DNA of 45,383 nt, from assembly GCF_001194135.2 (NCBI RefSeq), contig NC_068990.1:43889885-43935267 (forward strand). The letters are read 5' to 3'. The position numbers and the translations under genes were made by a program. Shown one piece after another: positions 1 through 9,830 of this stretch. This stretch comes from Octopus bimaculoides. Lineage: Eukaryota. A model generated the notes under the pieces. The model did not search any database, was not told the origin of the DNA, and worked only from the letters and a program-made list of their open reading frames with translations. The first letter of the stretch is position 1. Every line of letters starts with the position of its first letter.

Positions 1-17
1 ATATATATATGTATTCC

Positions 18-468
18 TTTATTGTTTTACTTGTTTAAGTCATTTGACTACGGCCATGCTGGAGCACCGCCTTTAGTCGAGCAAATCGACCCCAAGACGT
101 ATTCTTTGTAAGCCTAGTACTTATTTTATCGACTCTTTTGCTGAACCGCTAATTTACGGGGACGTAAACGCACTAGCATCGGTTATCAAGCAATGTTGGG
201 GGGATAAACACAGATACACAAACATACACACACACATACATATATATAGGCATATACATACATATATATATATATATACACACACACAAACACACACATA
301 CACACGACGGGCTTCTTTCAGTTTCCGTCTACCAAATCCACTCATGGAGCTTTGATCGGCCCGAAGCTATAGTAGAAGACACTTGCTAAAGGTACAACGC
401 AGTGGGACTGAACCCGGAAGAATGTGCTTGATAAGCAAGCTACTTACCACACAACCACTCTTGCGCCT
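18..468 (-). mobile_element. tRNA-headed SINE family A (CORE-like, OR2-like), full length with internal (CA)/(TA) microsatellite
   Basis: Minus strand has a tRNA-like head with B box (ccgggttcagtccc), then tagcaagtgtcttctactatagc (ccttgggcaagtgtc in other copies), an internal microsatellite at ~205-305 and a 3' tail ending gtcaaatgacttaaacaagtaaa. About 12 related copies occur in the window. Confidence 0.8.
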
Positions 469-482
469 ACGCACAAAACAGT

Positions 483-483
<1 letters not shown>

Positions 484-519
<36 letters not shown>

Positions 520-1290
520 NNNNNNNNNNNNNNNNNNNNNNNNNNNNNNNNNNNNNNNNNNNNNNNNNNNNNNNNNNNNNNNNNNNNNNNNNNNNNNNNN
601 NNNNNNNNNNNNNNNNNNNNNNNNNNNNNNNNNNNNNNNNNNNNNNNNNNNNNNNNNNNNNNNNNNNNNNNNNNNNNNNNNNNNNNNNNNNNNNNNNNNN
701 NNNNNNNNNNNNNNNNNNNNNNNNNNNNNNNNNNNNNNNNNNNNNNNNNNNNNNNNNNNNNNNNNNNNNNNNNNNNNNNNNNNNNNNNNNNNNNNNNNNN
801 NNNNNNNNNNNNNNNNNNNNNNNNNNNNNNNNNNNNNNNNNNNNNNNNNNNNNNNNNNNNNNNNNNNNNNNNNNNNNNNNNNNNNNNNNNNNNNNNNNNN
901 NNNNNNNNNNNNNNNNNNNNNNNNNNNNNNNNNNNNNNNNNNNNNNNNNNNNNNNNNNNNNNNNNNNNNNNNNNNNNNNNNNNNNNNNNNNNNNNNNNNN
1001 NNNNNNNNNNNNNNNNNNNNNNNNNNNNNNNNNNNNNNNNNNNNNNNNNNNNNNNNNNNNNNNNNNNNNNNNNNNNNNNNNNNNNNNNNNNNNNNNNNNN
1101 NNNNNNNNNNNNNNNNNNNNNNNNNNNNNNNNNNNNNNNNNNNNNNNNNNNNNNNNNNNNNNNNNNNNNNNNNNNNNNNNNNNNNNNNNNNNNNNNNNNN
1201 NNNNNNNNNNNNNNNNNNNNNNNNNNNNNNNNNNNNNNNNNNNNNNNNNNNNNNNNNNNNNNNNNNNNNNNNNNNNNNNNNNNNNNNNNN
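484..1290. other. (CA)n run followed by assembly gap (N 520-1290)
   Basis: Seen directly. Confidence 0.95.
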
Positions 1291-1598
1291 NNNNNNNNNN
1301 AGTTACCCTCCCAGGCACAAGTCCAGGCAAGGTTGTTTTATGGAAGACCAGCAGTCGCCCATGCATACCGGCCTCCCCTCTCCACGCCACGCCACCAGTG
1401 TTATCCAAGGGAAAGGCAAAGGCCGATACAGCTTGGCACCTGTGATGTCGCAACTCATTTCTACAGCTGAGTGAACTGGAGCAACGTGAAATAAAGTGTC
1501 TTGCTCAAGAACATAACACGCAGCCCGGTCCGGGATTCAAACTCACAGCCTCATGATCGTAAGCTCGACGCTCTAACCACTGAGCCATGCGCCTTCAC
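1291..1598 (-). mobile_element. tRNA-headed SINE family B, 3' end lost in the gap
   Basis: Minus strand gtgaaggcgcatggctcagtggttagagcg (A box), gagtttgaatccc (B box), then ttcttgagcaagacactttatttcacgttgctccagttcactcagctg. Confidence 0.75.
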
Positions 1599-2258
1599 TA
1601 GCCACAACAAAACGGTATCTTTACGTCAATATGAAACAGGAAATAATAGCTGAGTCCCTACAAATGAGCAATACTTCGAGTCAAACCAGAGCTGCACCCG
1701 CGCAACACAATGATTTGCATTTGGTGAGAGTAGGAAGGGCTAACCTTCTACAAAGTGCTTAAAAACAATCACACGATCAATGCAGAGCTTTATGTTCATC
1801 AAATACATCTGCTCAGCAAGGCAGTTCAGCGGAAACAACCCGACCGGCAACACGGCGTTCTCCTTCAACACGACAGCCCCTACGTCGCTAATTTGTCCAG
1901 ATTTGCTCTATAAGAGCTCGGTTGGGAGGTTCTATTGCACTACAGTATTCTTCTGGCATAGCACCTCTATATTATCAGATTTTTTCCAATCGCATTCAAC
2001 AGTCTGCGACATGTTACATGCAACAATTACGAGGAGCTAAAAACGTGGTTCGATGAATTCTTCGAATCCAGACCCAGTGATTTTTTATCGCCATAGCACT
2101 AACAAGTTAGTGAATCATTGACAAGAAGTCATGAAAAATGAAGGAAGATATATTAGTGATTGATTTATTAAAATTGTTGATGAAAAATGAGGAGTAAAAT
2201 AAATGTAAAAAGCAAAAAGCAAAACAAAACACCGAATGAATTTATCTGACGACCAATA
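1599..2258 (+). pseudogene. Degenerate mariner (DD34D) transposase 3' half with right TIR and TA
   Basis: Frameshifted peptides YLYVNMKQ, LHPRNTMICIW, FYKVLKNNHTINAELYVHQ, GVLLQHD, ELGWEVLLH, ELKTWFDEFFESRPSDF. Ends gaatttatctgacgaccaata|TA. Confidence 0.85.
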
Positions 2259-2723
2259 TATTCATTTAGGAGATAGCTTGGTTATATTCCACACAAGAGA
2301 TTTCAACTAAGAGAAATATAAAGTTATCGTGGAGGCGGAAGACGAGTAACTAACAACAGTGTATCACTTAACCAATAATGGATTCTATTTTCGGAATATC
2401 CAATTATATCATCTCTGCTCGCTCGCAAGTTGATAGTAGTGATGTGATATTTATTCTGTGTAATTTTAGTTAACCTTTATTTCCGTAATAACCTTTATTT
2501 GTTTTGTTAGTGATCATTAATAAATTACATTAGCATATTTTGGCGTAACTTTGTTCCATTATATTGCCACTGATCAACGTAACTCCTAGTGTCTGAGCTA
2601 CCGTTCGTGACACTTGTCAGACAGCTACTACTTTATACACGCACGTACGGGCGCGTACGTGCACACACGAACGCACTCACACATACATACACATATGTAT
2701 ATAAATATATATGTATGTGTGAT

Positions 2724-3022
2724 CTTTTAACTTTTTATTTGTTTCAGTCATTGGACTGCGGCCATCCTGGGGCACCGCCTTCAAGAGTTTTTCTTGAACA
2801 GATTGACCCCCAATACTTATTTTAAAGTCTGGTACTTATTTTATTGTTTTTTTTTCACTGAACCGCTAGGTAACGGAGATGTAAACAAACCAACACCGGT
2901 TGTCAAGTGGTGATGAGGGGCAGACACAAACCACTCACGAAGGATTGGTCGGCCTGGGACTATCGTAGAAGATATTTGCTCAAGATTGGGATTGAACCTA
3001 AAGCAAGTTTCTTAACCACACA
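2724..3022 (-). mobile_element. SINE family A copy with collapsed internal microsatellite
   Basis: Colinear with 18-468 (gtttcagtcattggactgcggccatcctggggcaccgcc ... gggattgaacc ... aaccacaca). Confidence 0.75.
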
Positions 3023-3099
3023 TGAAATTGAAAAGATATTTGAAAGCTGAGAGAATGAAACACAGTTTTATATATTTTTTACTCCTAAGTTCGAACTAA

Positions 3100-3323
3100 G
3101 GTGGTGCGCTGGCAGAATCGTTAGCACGCTGGGCAAAATGGTTAGCGGCATTTCGTCCGACTTCACGTTCAGAGTTCAAATTCCACTGACGTCGACTTTG
3201 CCTTTCATCCTTTCCGGGTCAATAAGTACCTGGGTCGATAAATAAATAAGTAAGTTGAGCACTGGGGTCGATGTAATTGACTTATTCCCTATCTCAAAAT
3301 TGCTGGCCTTGTGCCAAAAATTT
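3100..3323 (+). mobile_element. tRNA-headed SINE family C (Meta-domain-like body)
   Basis: ctggcagaatcgttagcacg head, gagttcaaattcc B box, gtcgactttgcctttcatcctttccgggtc body, ggccttgtgcc tail. Related copies at 8043, 31553, 32875, 33231 and 34333. Confidence 0.75.
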
Positions 3324-3344
3324 CAAACATATATATATATATAT

Positions 3345-3558
3345 ACGCGGGTGTTACGTTCCAAATCTAACCCCACCCCGCGATAGGTGAAAATCGCGAA
3401 GTAGAAACGGTACTGTACTGTATGTATATTTTTTAATTATTTTAAAAATTAGTATAAATTTATTTCATTATAAATGCAAAACACCACCACAGAGGAATTG
3501 ACGTAAGCTTAAATAACAAACCGCGATAGATGGAGCGCGATATGGCAAGGGATTACTG
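3345..3558. mobile_element. Tigger/pogo-like MITE remnant, left TIR lost in a (TA)n run
   Basis: Right end cgcgatatggcaagggattactg|TA resembles a CAGT-type TIR. ccgcgatag occurs twice as a subterminal motif. Confidence 0.55.
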
Positions 3559-3680
3559 TATATTGTTGTTTGTATTTGTAATCGTGTAACATTTTCTCCG
3601 TTTTCTCGTTTTTATTTTGTTCTTGTTGTCGCACATATTCACTCTCTTTCTTCCAGATTTTTTGAAAATGGCCGGCTACA

Positions 3681-3721
3681 GGTACCCAGTGATACTTGTC
3701 GTCGTAACCGATGGAGTGCCA
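3681..3721 (+). mobile_element. Short 3' fragment of SINE family D
   Basis: cttgtcgtcgtaa matches ctcgttgtcgtaa at the end of the 34564-34928 copy. Confidence 0.4.
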
Positions 3722-3744
3722 TTATATATATATATATATATATT

Positions 3745-3920
3745 TGACCGTTGACTGAACACTATTCAATTTTTTTTCTCCGTGTTTTTCTCCTTGTCTC
3801 CGTATTCTTTCTGTTGAAGAGCGTAGCTCGAAACGTCAAAGACTTTCCGTATTGCCGAGCGTCATACTAATATATACTTTTGTTATTTACACCACCTGTC
3901 CTCGTCTGTTGTTATTTTTT
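3745..3920 (+). mobile_element. Penelope-like terminal repeat fragment with decayed minimal hammerhead motif (3811-3834)
   Basis: ctgttga-a-gagc-gta-gctc-gaaac: CUGANGA-like core, 4-bp stem II, GAAAC. Flanked by (TA)n runs. Confidence 0.5.
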
Positions 3921-3930
3921 GTATATTCTC

Positions 3931-3963
<33 letters not shown>

Positions 3964-4026
3964 TATGTTCCGATCTGGAACGCCTTTGATCACAGGCCTA
4001 CAAGCGAGGGTTGTCCTGCAGCTAAA

Positions 4027-4480
4027 CACAACAGCAACAACAACCAGAACAACAACAACAACAACAGCAAGAACCTCCTTCTTCTCATCAACATGATGAT
4101 AATGATGATGATGATGATGATCATCATCATCACCACCTTTGACAGCAATATTAACAACGGCTACAACAGGGGCAGAAACAACAGCTTCATCATCATCGTC
4201 ATCATCATCATCAACAGCATCATTCTCATCACAGCAACAGCAACAACAGCATCAGCAGTAGCAGTACCCCCACCACTTCCAACAACAACAAGGCTCTGTT
4301 AATTTTACAGAACGTTAATTCATCTCAAAGACAGGGATTCGTATTTAAAACTCAGAATAATCTTTCTCTAATGGATGCATAATTTCCCCATTTTTTTTCT
4401 TTAATCAATTGTTAGGAGAAAAACAACAACCGGCAACAACTAAAGCAACAACAACAGCAACAGCAGCAGCAGCGCCACCA
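4027..4480. repeat. Mosaic trinucleotide repeats (CAA, GAT, CAT, CAG)
   Basis: Seen directly. These produce the spurious polyN/M/I ORF 3880-4302. Confidence 0.9.
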
Positions 4481-4544
4481 CCAACAGCTTACAAATACTG
4501 AAATTTCTGACGCCCACGAAGTTTTATCAGAGATTGTTCCATTG

Positions 4545-4546
4545 TA

Positions 4547-4603
<57 letters not shown>

Positions 4604-5215
4604 NNNNNNNNNNNNNNNNNNNNNNNNNNNNNNNNNNNNNNNNNNNNNNNNNNNNNNNNNNNNNNNNNNNNNNNNNNNNNNNNNNNNNNNNNNNNNNNNN
4701 NNNNNNNNNNNNNNNNNNNNNNNNNNNNNNNNNNNNNNNNNNNNNNNNNNNNNNNNNNNNNNNNNNNNNNNNNNNNNNNNNNNNNNNNNNNNNNNNNNNN
4801 NNNNNNNNNNNNNNNNNNNNNNNNNNNNNNNNNNNNNNNNNNNNNNNNNNNNNNNNNNNNNNNNNNNNNNNNNNNNNNNNNNNNNNNNNNNNNNNNNNNN
4901 NNNNNNNNNNNNNNNNNNNNNNNNNNNNNNNNNNNNNNNNNNNNNNNNNNNNNNNNNNNNNNNNNNNNNNNNNNNNNNNNNNNNNNNNNNNNNNNNNNNN
5001 NNNNNNNNNNNNNNNNNNNNNNNNNNNNNNNNNNNNNNNNNNNNNNNNNNNNNNNNNNNNNNNNNNNNNNNNNNNNNNNNNNNNNNNNNNNNNNNNNNNN
5101 NNNNNNNNNNNNNNNNNNNNNNNNNNNNNNNNNNNNNNNNNNNNNNNNNNNNNNNNNNNNNNNNNNNNNNNNNNNNNNNNNNNNNNNNNNNNNNNNNNNN
5201 NNNNNNNNNNNNNNA
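4545..5215. other. (TG)/(TA)n followed by gap (N 4604-5215)
   Basis: Seen directly. Confidence 0.95.
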
Positions 5216-5480
5216 ATAAATGAGTATATGCATATATACGTACATGTATGTACATACCTACATCTACATGTATATATAGATGCATATCTGGGTACAGGAC
5301 GTTGCAAAAAAAAAACGTGGACAAAATGATAAACACAGCACAGAAAACACACAGGCTACATAGAGAACATTTCCTTCATCAGCTGCCACCATTCTAAAAC
5401 TAAGCGTTTCGAAGAGTTAGAGCAGGACGCATCGTTAGAATGGCTCTTCCCACGGATCACAAATTAAATTTGTACCATGA
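5216..5480 (-). mobile_element. Penelope-like terminal repeat fragment
   Basis: Shares tacatacctacatctacatgtatatatagatgcatatc(t/c)gggtacaggac...aaaaacgtggacaaaa with 36394-36555. Minus strand carries cgaaacg and ctgatgaagg motifs and abuts a (TA)n gap. Confidence 0.5.
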
Positions 5481-5507
5481 TATATATATATATATATATA
5501 TGCGAAG

Positions 5508-5600
5508 GAGAGGCTGCGTGGTAGGTAGTTTGCTTACCAACCACATTGTTCCGGGTTCTCATCCCACTGTGTGTCACCTTGGGCAAGTGTTTACATTCTG
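5508..5600 (+). mobile_element. SINE family A 5' head fragment
   Basis: gtggtaggtagtttgcttaccaaccac...ccgggttctcatcccactg...caccttgggcaagtgt. Confidence 0.7.
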
Positions 5601-5654
5601 AGTTTGTATTACTCACTCCTTTACTCCGATTCTCCCTCTCTTTCTTCCTTCCCC

Positions 5655-5655
5655 T

Positions 5656-5738
<83 letters not shown>

Positions 5739-5740
5739 CT
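5655..5740. repeat. (CTTT)n microsatellite
   Basis: Seen directly. Confidence 0.95.
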
Positions 5741-5756
5741 CTCTAACACACACACA

Positions 5757-5870
5757 CATACAAGGCATTTGTCGGACCAAGATTATAGTAGAAGAACCTT
5801 GCCACGCAGTGAGTCTGTACCTGGGACCACGTGGTTACAAAGCGAGCTTCTTAACCACACAGCAATGCCT
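5757..5870 (-). mobile_element. SINE family A 5' half, inverted relative to the 5508-5600 copy
   Basis: acaaggcatttgtcggacc...tatagtagaag...ttaaccacacagcaatgcctg. Confidence 0.7.
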
Positions 5871-6589
5871 GTTTTAGTGGCATCCTCTAGTCTGGGATTT
5901 GCACATGGTAAGCCTATCGAAGCCGATACCATGGTCTCATTGGTTTTCTCGAGCATGGTGACATTTGTCTGTGTAAGATCCCAACTCTTGTAAAGAGAAA
6001 CCCCTCTACTGTGGGGAGGACCTCATTCTCAGTAAGAAGGACCCCCATTCCCTGTAAGAAACCTATCCTTTCATCGTTCGCAACAGAGTGGGGTCGTACG
6101 TTTGGATAATGTGAACTGAGGATTACATATTTCCTGACTAATCTAAAGTTTGACGGCGAATTACATTGTGTAACACGATTTTTGACTTTGGGTAGCCACT
6201 GCTATTTCTTATTTGCTTACCCATAAAAGTATGGAAAATGGCTAATATTTCATTCAAACTTTGCTTTTGTTATATTTATTCAAACTCCAAAGAATTCCTC
6301 TCAACACATGGTTATGATGCTCCTGCTCATGATCAGAGATGCACATATTGTCAGTCATTAAGGGACATGCTCAAGTGGTTATGGTCAAGCAAGTGACAAG
6401 CAAATCTGTGGTCTTGAGCAGAATATTTGCTATAACGATATTTCTGCTTCAGCGATGCAGTACCTAATCTGCTCGAAATGTAATGGAAAATAGGTCAGTT
6501 TCAAAACATTGATGTCCAGGTCACAAAAGTCAAGTTTGGAAGGAATAGTGGTAATTTCCTAACGATTCTGCTTGTAATAGTTGCAATAG

Positions 6590-6690
6590 TTTCTAATATA
6601 GGCATATGGCCTGTAATCTGGGGAAAGCAATTAGTCAATTGAATCGATCCCCAAAATATGACTGGTACTTATGTTTTTACCTTATGGATC
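6590..6690 (-). mobile_element. Degraded 3' half of SINE family C
   Basis: ttctaatataggc...ggcctg...agtcaattgaatcgatcccc...ctggtactta matches the family C tail at 8043. Confidence 0.55.
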
Positions 6691-6830
6691 ATTAACCAAC
6701 GCTCTGGAAAGTAAAGGCGCTGAACAGAATAAGAGTGTGGAGAGGAATAGAGACGAGCGAGTGGAGAGTGGCGAAATTGTGGTAGCACAATACCGGGAGT
6801 ACTGAAGAGCAGAGGCTATTGTAGTAGCGC

Positions 6831-7149
6831 GTGGAGGCGCAATGGCCCAGTGGTTAGGGTAGCGGACTTGCGGTCATAGGATCGTGGTTTCGATTCCCAG
6901 ACCGGGCGTTGTGAGTTTTTATTGAGCGAAAACACCTAAAGCTCCACGAGGCTCCGGCAGGGGATGGTGGCGAACCCTGCTGTACTCTTCCACCACAACT
7001 TTCTCTCACTCTTACTTCCTGTTTCTGTTGTGCCTGTAATTCAAAGGGTCAGCCTTGTCACACTGTGTCACGCTGAATATCCCCGAGAACTACGTTAAGG
7101 GTACACATGTCTGTGGAGTGCTCAGCCACTTGCACGTTAATTTCACGAG
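6831..7149 (+). mobile_element. tRNA-headed SINE family D, 3' end in gap (N 7150-7490)
   Basis: A box tggcccagtgg, B-box-like gtttcgattcc. Closely colinear with 34564-34928. Confidence 0.8.
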
Positions 7150-7679
7150 NNNNNNNNNNNNNNNNNNNNNNNNNNNNNNNNNNNNNNNNNNNNNNNNNNN
7201 NNNNNNNNNNNNNNNNNNNNNNNNNNNNNNNNNNNNNNNNNNNNNNNNNNNNNNNNNNNNNNNNNNNNNNNNNNNNNNNNNNNNNNNNNNNNNNNNNNNN
7301 NNNNNNNNNNNNNNNNNNNNNNNNNNNNNNNNNNNNNNNNNNNNNNNNNNNNNNNNNNNNNNNNNNNNNNNNNNNNNNNNNNNNNNNNNNNNNNNNNNNN
7401 NNNNNNNNNNNNNNNNNNNNNNNNNNNNNNNNNNNNNNNNNNNNNNNNNNNNNNNNNNNNNNNNNNNNNNNNNNNNNNNNNNNNNNNNNNAAGGATGTAT
7501 GTTCATTAGGAGAGATCATTATCACTGTCGTCATGTCGATATTCATTTTCGTCTTCTGCTTCCTCTTCTTCATCATCGTTACCAGTCTCAATACCGTGAC
7601 CACCACGACCACAACCACGACCACCGCTACCACAATCGTCGTCGTCACCATTTCACACATTCAATCAATATTTCTTAAA

Positions 7680-7732
7680 AGAGAGAGTGAGAGAAAAAGG
7701 GTGGAGTAAGAGAGAAGGAGAGAGAGAGAGAC

Positions 7733-7802
<70 letters not shown>
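7680..7802. repeat. (GA)n microsatellite
   Basis: Seen directly. Confidence 0.95.
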
Positions 7803-7803
<1 letters not shown>

Positions 7804-8042
7804 AATAACTCAAAATGAAAATAAAAATAGCAAGTACTTTATGGAAAATTAAAATTTGAATTCCAAATATTAATTAAAAGATAAAATGACAAAAAGAAGG
7901 TTATAGATTTTTTTTGTTATTGCTTGTTTATTGTTTTATAAATGTTATTTTCTTTCCAGTTCGATCCACTCCTAACATTCAGTTAGAGTTTCATTCTATT
8001 TTCTTCACGGATTGATTTAAATCTTCTTAATGATAATAATAA

Positions 8043-8265
8043 TCCTTTCTAATACAGGCACAAGGCCTGCAATTTAGGTAGGTAGTGGGGGAGGGGGTAA
8101 GTCGATTACAATGGCCCTGGTACTCAACTGGTAGCTATTTTATCCACCCCGAAAGGACGAAAAGCAAAGTCGACCTCGGTGGAATTTGAACTCAGAACGT
8201 AAAGACGGACGAAATGCCGCTATGCATTTTATCCGGCATGTTAACGATCCTGCCAGATCGCCGGC
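8043..8265 (-). mobile_element. SINE family C, full length
   Basis: Reverse complement of the family C head and body (aaagtcgacctcggtggaatttgaactcagaacg...ctgccag). Confidence 0.75.
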
Positions 8266-8444
8266 TTTGTGGAGAAATAATCACCACAATATTTATTTAT
8301 GTAAAATTACATAAATATATAACAGTTGTTGTATGTAGAATAAATTCTTTCTATATTTGACTAAAGAATATACACGAATTAAGATTATTATACTTAATTG
8401 TTACGAAATGGTTTGGTAGTTTATCATTACAACCAAAATTTCGA

Positions 8445-8630
8445 CGCAGCATGGGCAAATGGTTAATATCTTAGTTTCCCAATCACGAAGTAATGAGTTC
8501 GATCCTACTATTTGACATCTTAATTAAGTGTTTATTTTACCATATTCTCAGCTTGACCCAAGCCTTGTGAGTGAAAATGTGATGGAAACTGAGTGGAAAC
8601 CTGTCGACTACATTCTATCTGTAATTATAA
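8445..8630 (+). mobile_element. Degraded SINE family A 5' half
   Basis: gagttcgatcct B box, then caagccttgtgagtg...gatggaaactg. Confidence 0.5.
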
Positions 8631-9299
8631 AATCCAGCCTTGCCGCATGTGTCATGCTGCCCGCTTCTCAAAAACAGGTGGCCCATGTCAGGTCTAAACC
8701 GTTACGAAACGAGGTGAATGTTATGTAAAATGAAACGATATCAAGGTTTAATATTGATACCGTCAAAGGCTCGGGATACAAATTACATAGTCTTGTTGAA
8801 AATATTATAGTTTTTCCTATCTCAGCTCACTTTAACACACGTTCTTGAATACGCGCAAATTTGCATATGATAACGTCGCATTATGAGTGCTTGCGTAAGT
8901 AAGTGCCTGTGTGTGTGTGTGTGTGCGTATGTACTGTTTTATGGGACCGGGATTTCTATTCTTGTCCCGGTCAAGAAGTTTCTAATGAATAAATAAATAA
9001 ATAATAAATAAATAAATAAATGAATTCAAATTGACGTAATATTGATCGCTATGACAACAGAGAATTTATTTACCTTAGTTAATTATAAGGATGTTATGCA
9101 AAAAAAAAAATAACTCTTTGCTGTAAAGAAAGACGCCAATGCGATGACGTATCAGATACACGCACGCGCACAAATGCATCCGTAGGCGTGCACACGCTAA
9201 TGATGTCCCGTCATTGTAGAATGAGTTATATGCAAATTACTGAAAGACATTCTAATGAGACACATAAAGGTGAAAACAAACTTACGTCATATTCGTTAT

Positions 9300-9515
9300 T
9301 CTTTACTCCATTACCGTTTACTTGTTTCAGTCAGTGGACTGCGACCATGCTAGGGCACTGCCTTTAAAGGTTTAGTCAAAGAAATCGACCGTAGTACTTA
9401 TTTTAAATCTAATACTTATTCTATCAGTCACTTTTGCTGAGCCGCTAATGTCACGGGGATACAAACAAACGGGCACCGGTTGTCAAGCGACAGTAGAGAA
9501 AAATGCAAACACAAA
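9300..9515 (-). mobile_element. SINE family A 3' half; its partner 5' half is at 11597-11760
   Basis: tttacttgtttcagtcagtggactgcgaccatgc...caccggttgtcaagcg, ending where the internal microsatellite begins. Confidence 0.75.
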
Positions 9516-9519
9516 GACG

Positions 9520-9830
9520 CATGCACATACATACATACGTACATACATACATACACATACAACGAATACACACATATATACATATACACCCCTACACACA
9601 TACATACAGCATATATACATATATACATACACACATGCATATACACACACATGCATACATACTTAAATGCATACATACATATACACATACATATGCACAC
9701 ATGCATACATACATCCGCACACATGCATACATACATACATACATACATACATAATACTTACGTACATACATGCGTGCATGCATACATACATACATAAATA
9801 CATGCATACATACATACATAAAACATACAC
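9520..9830. repeat. Compound (TACA)n/(CA)n microsatellite
   Basis: Seen directly. Confidence 0.95.

Noticed and set aside
3657-3681. Possible 25-nt microexon (ccag|attttttgaaaATGgccggctacag|gt)
   Set aside because: The donor gtaccc is weak and belongs to a SINE tail, and no partner exons were found.
3880-4302. 140-aa ORF with polyN/M/I tracts
   Set aside because: It is entirely a trinucleotide mosaic with no domain.
6230-6540. Possible interspersed-repeat fragment
   Set aside because: No second copy in the window and no diagnostic motif, so it cannot be supported from the sequence alone.
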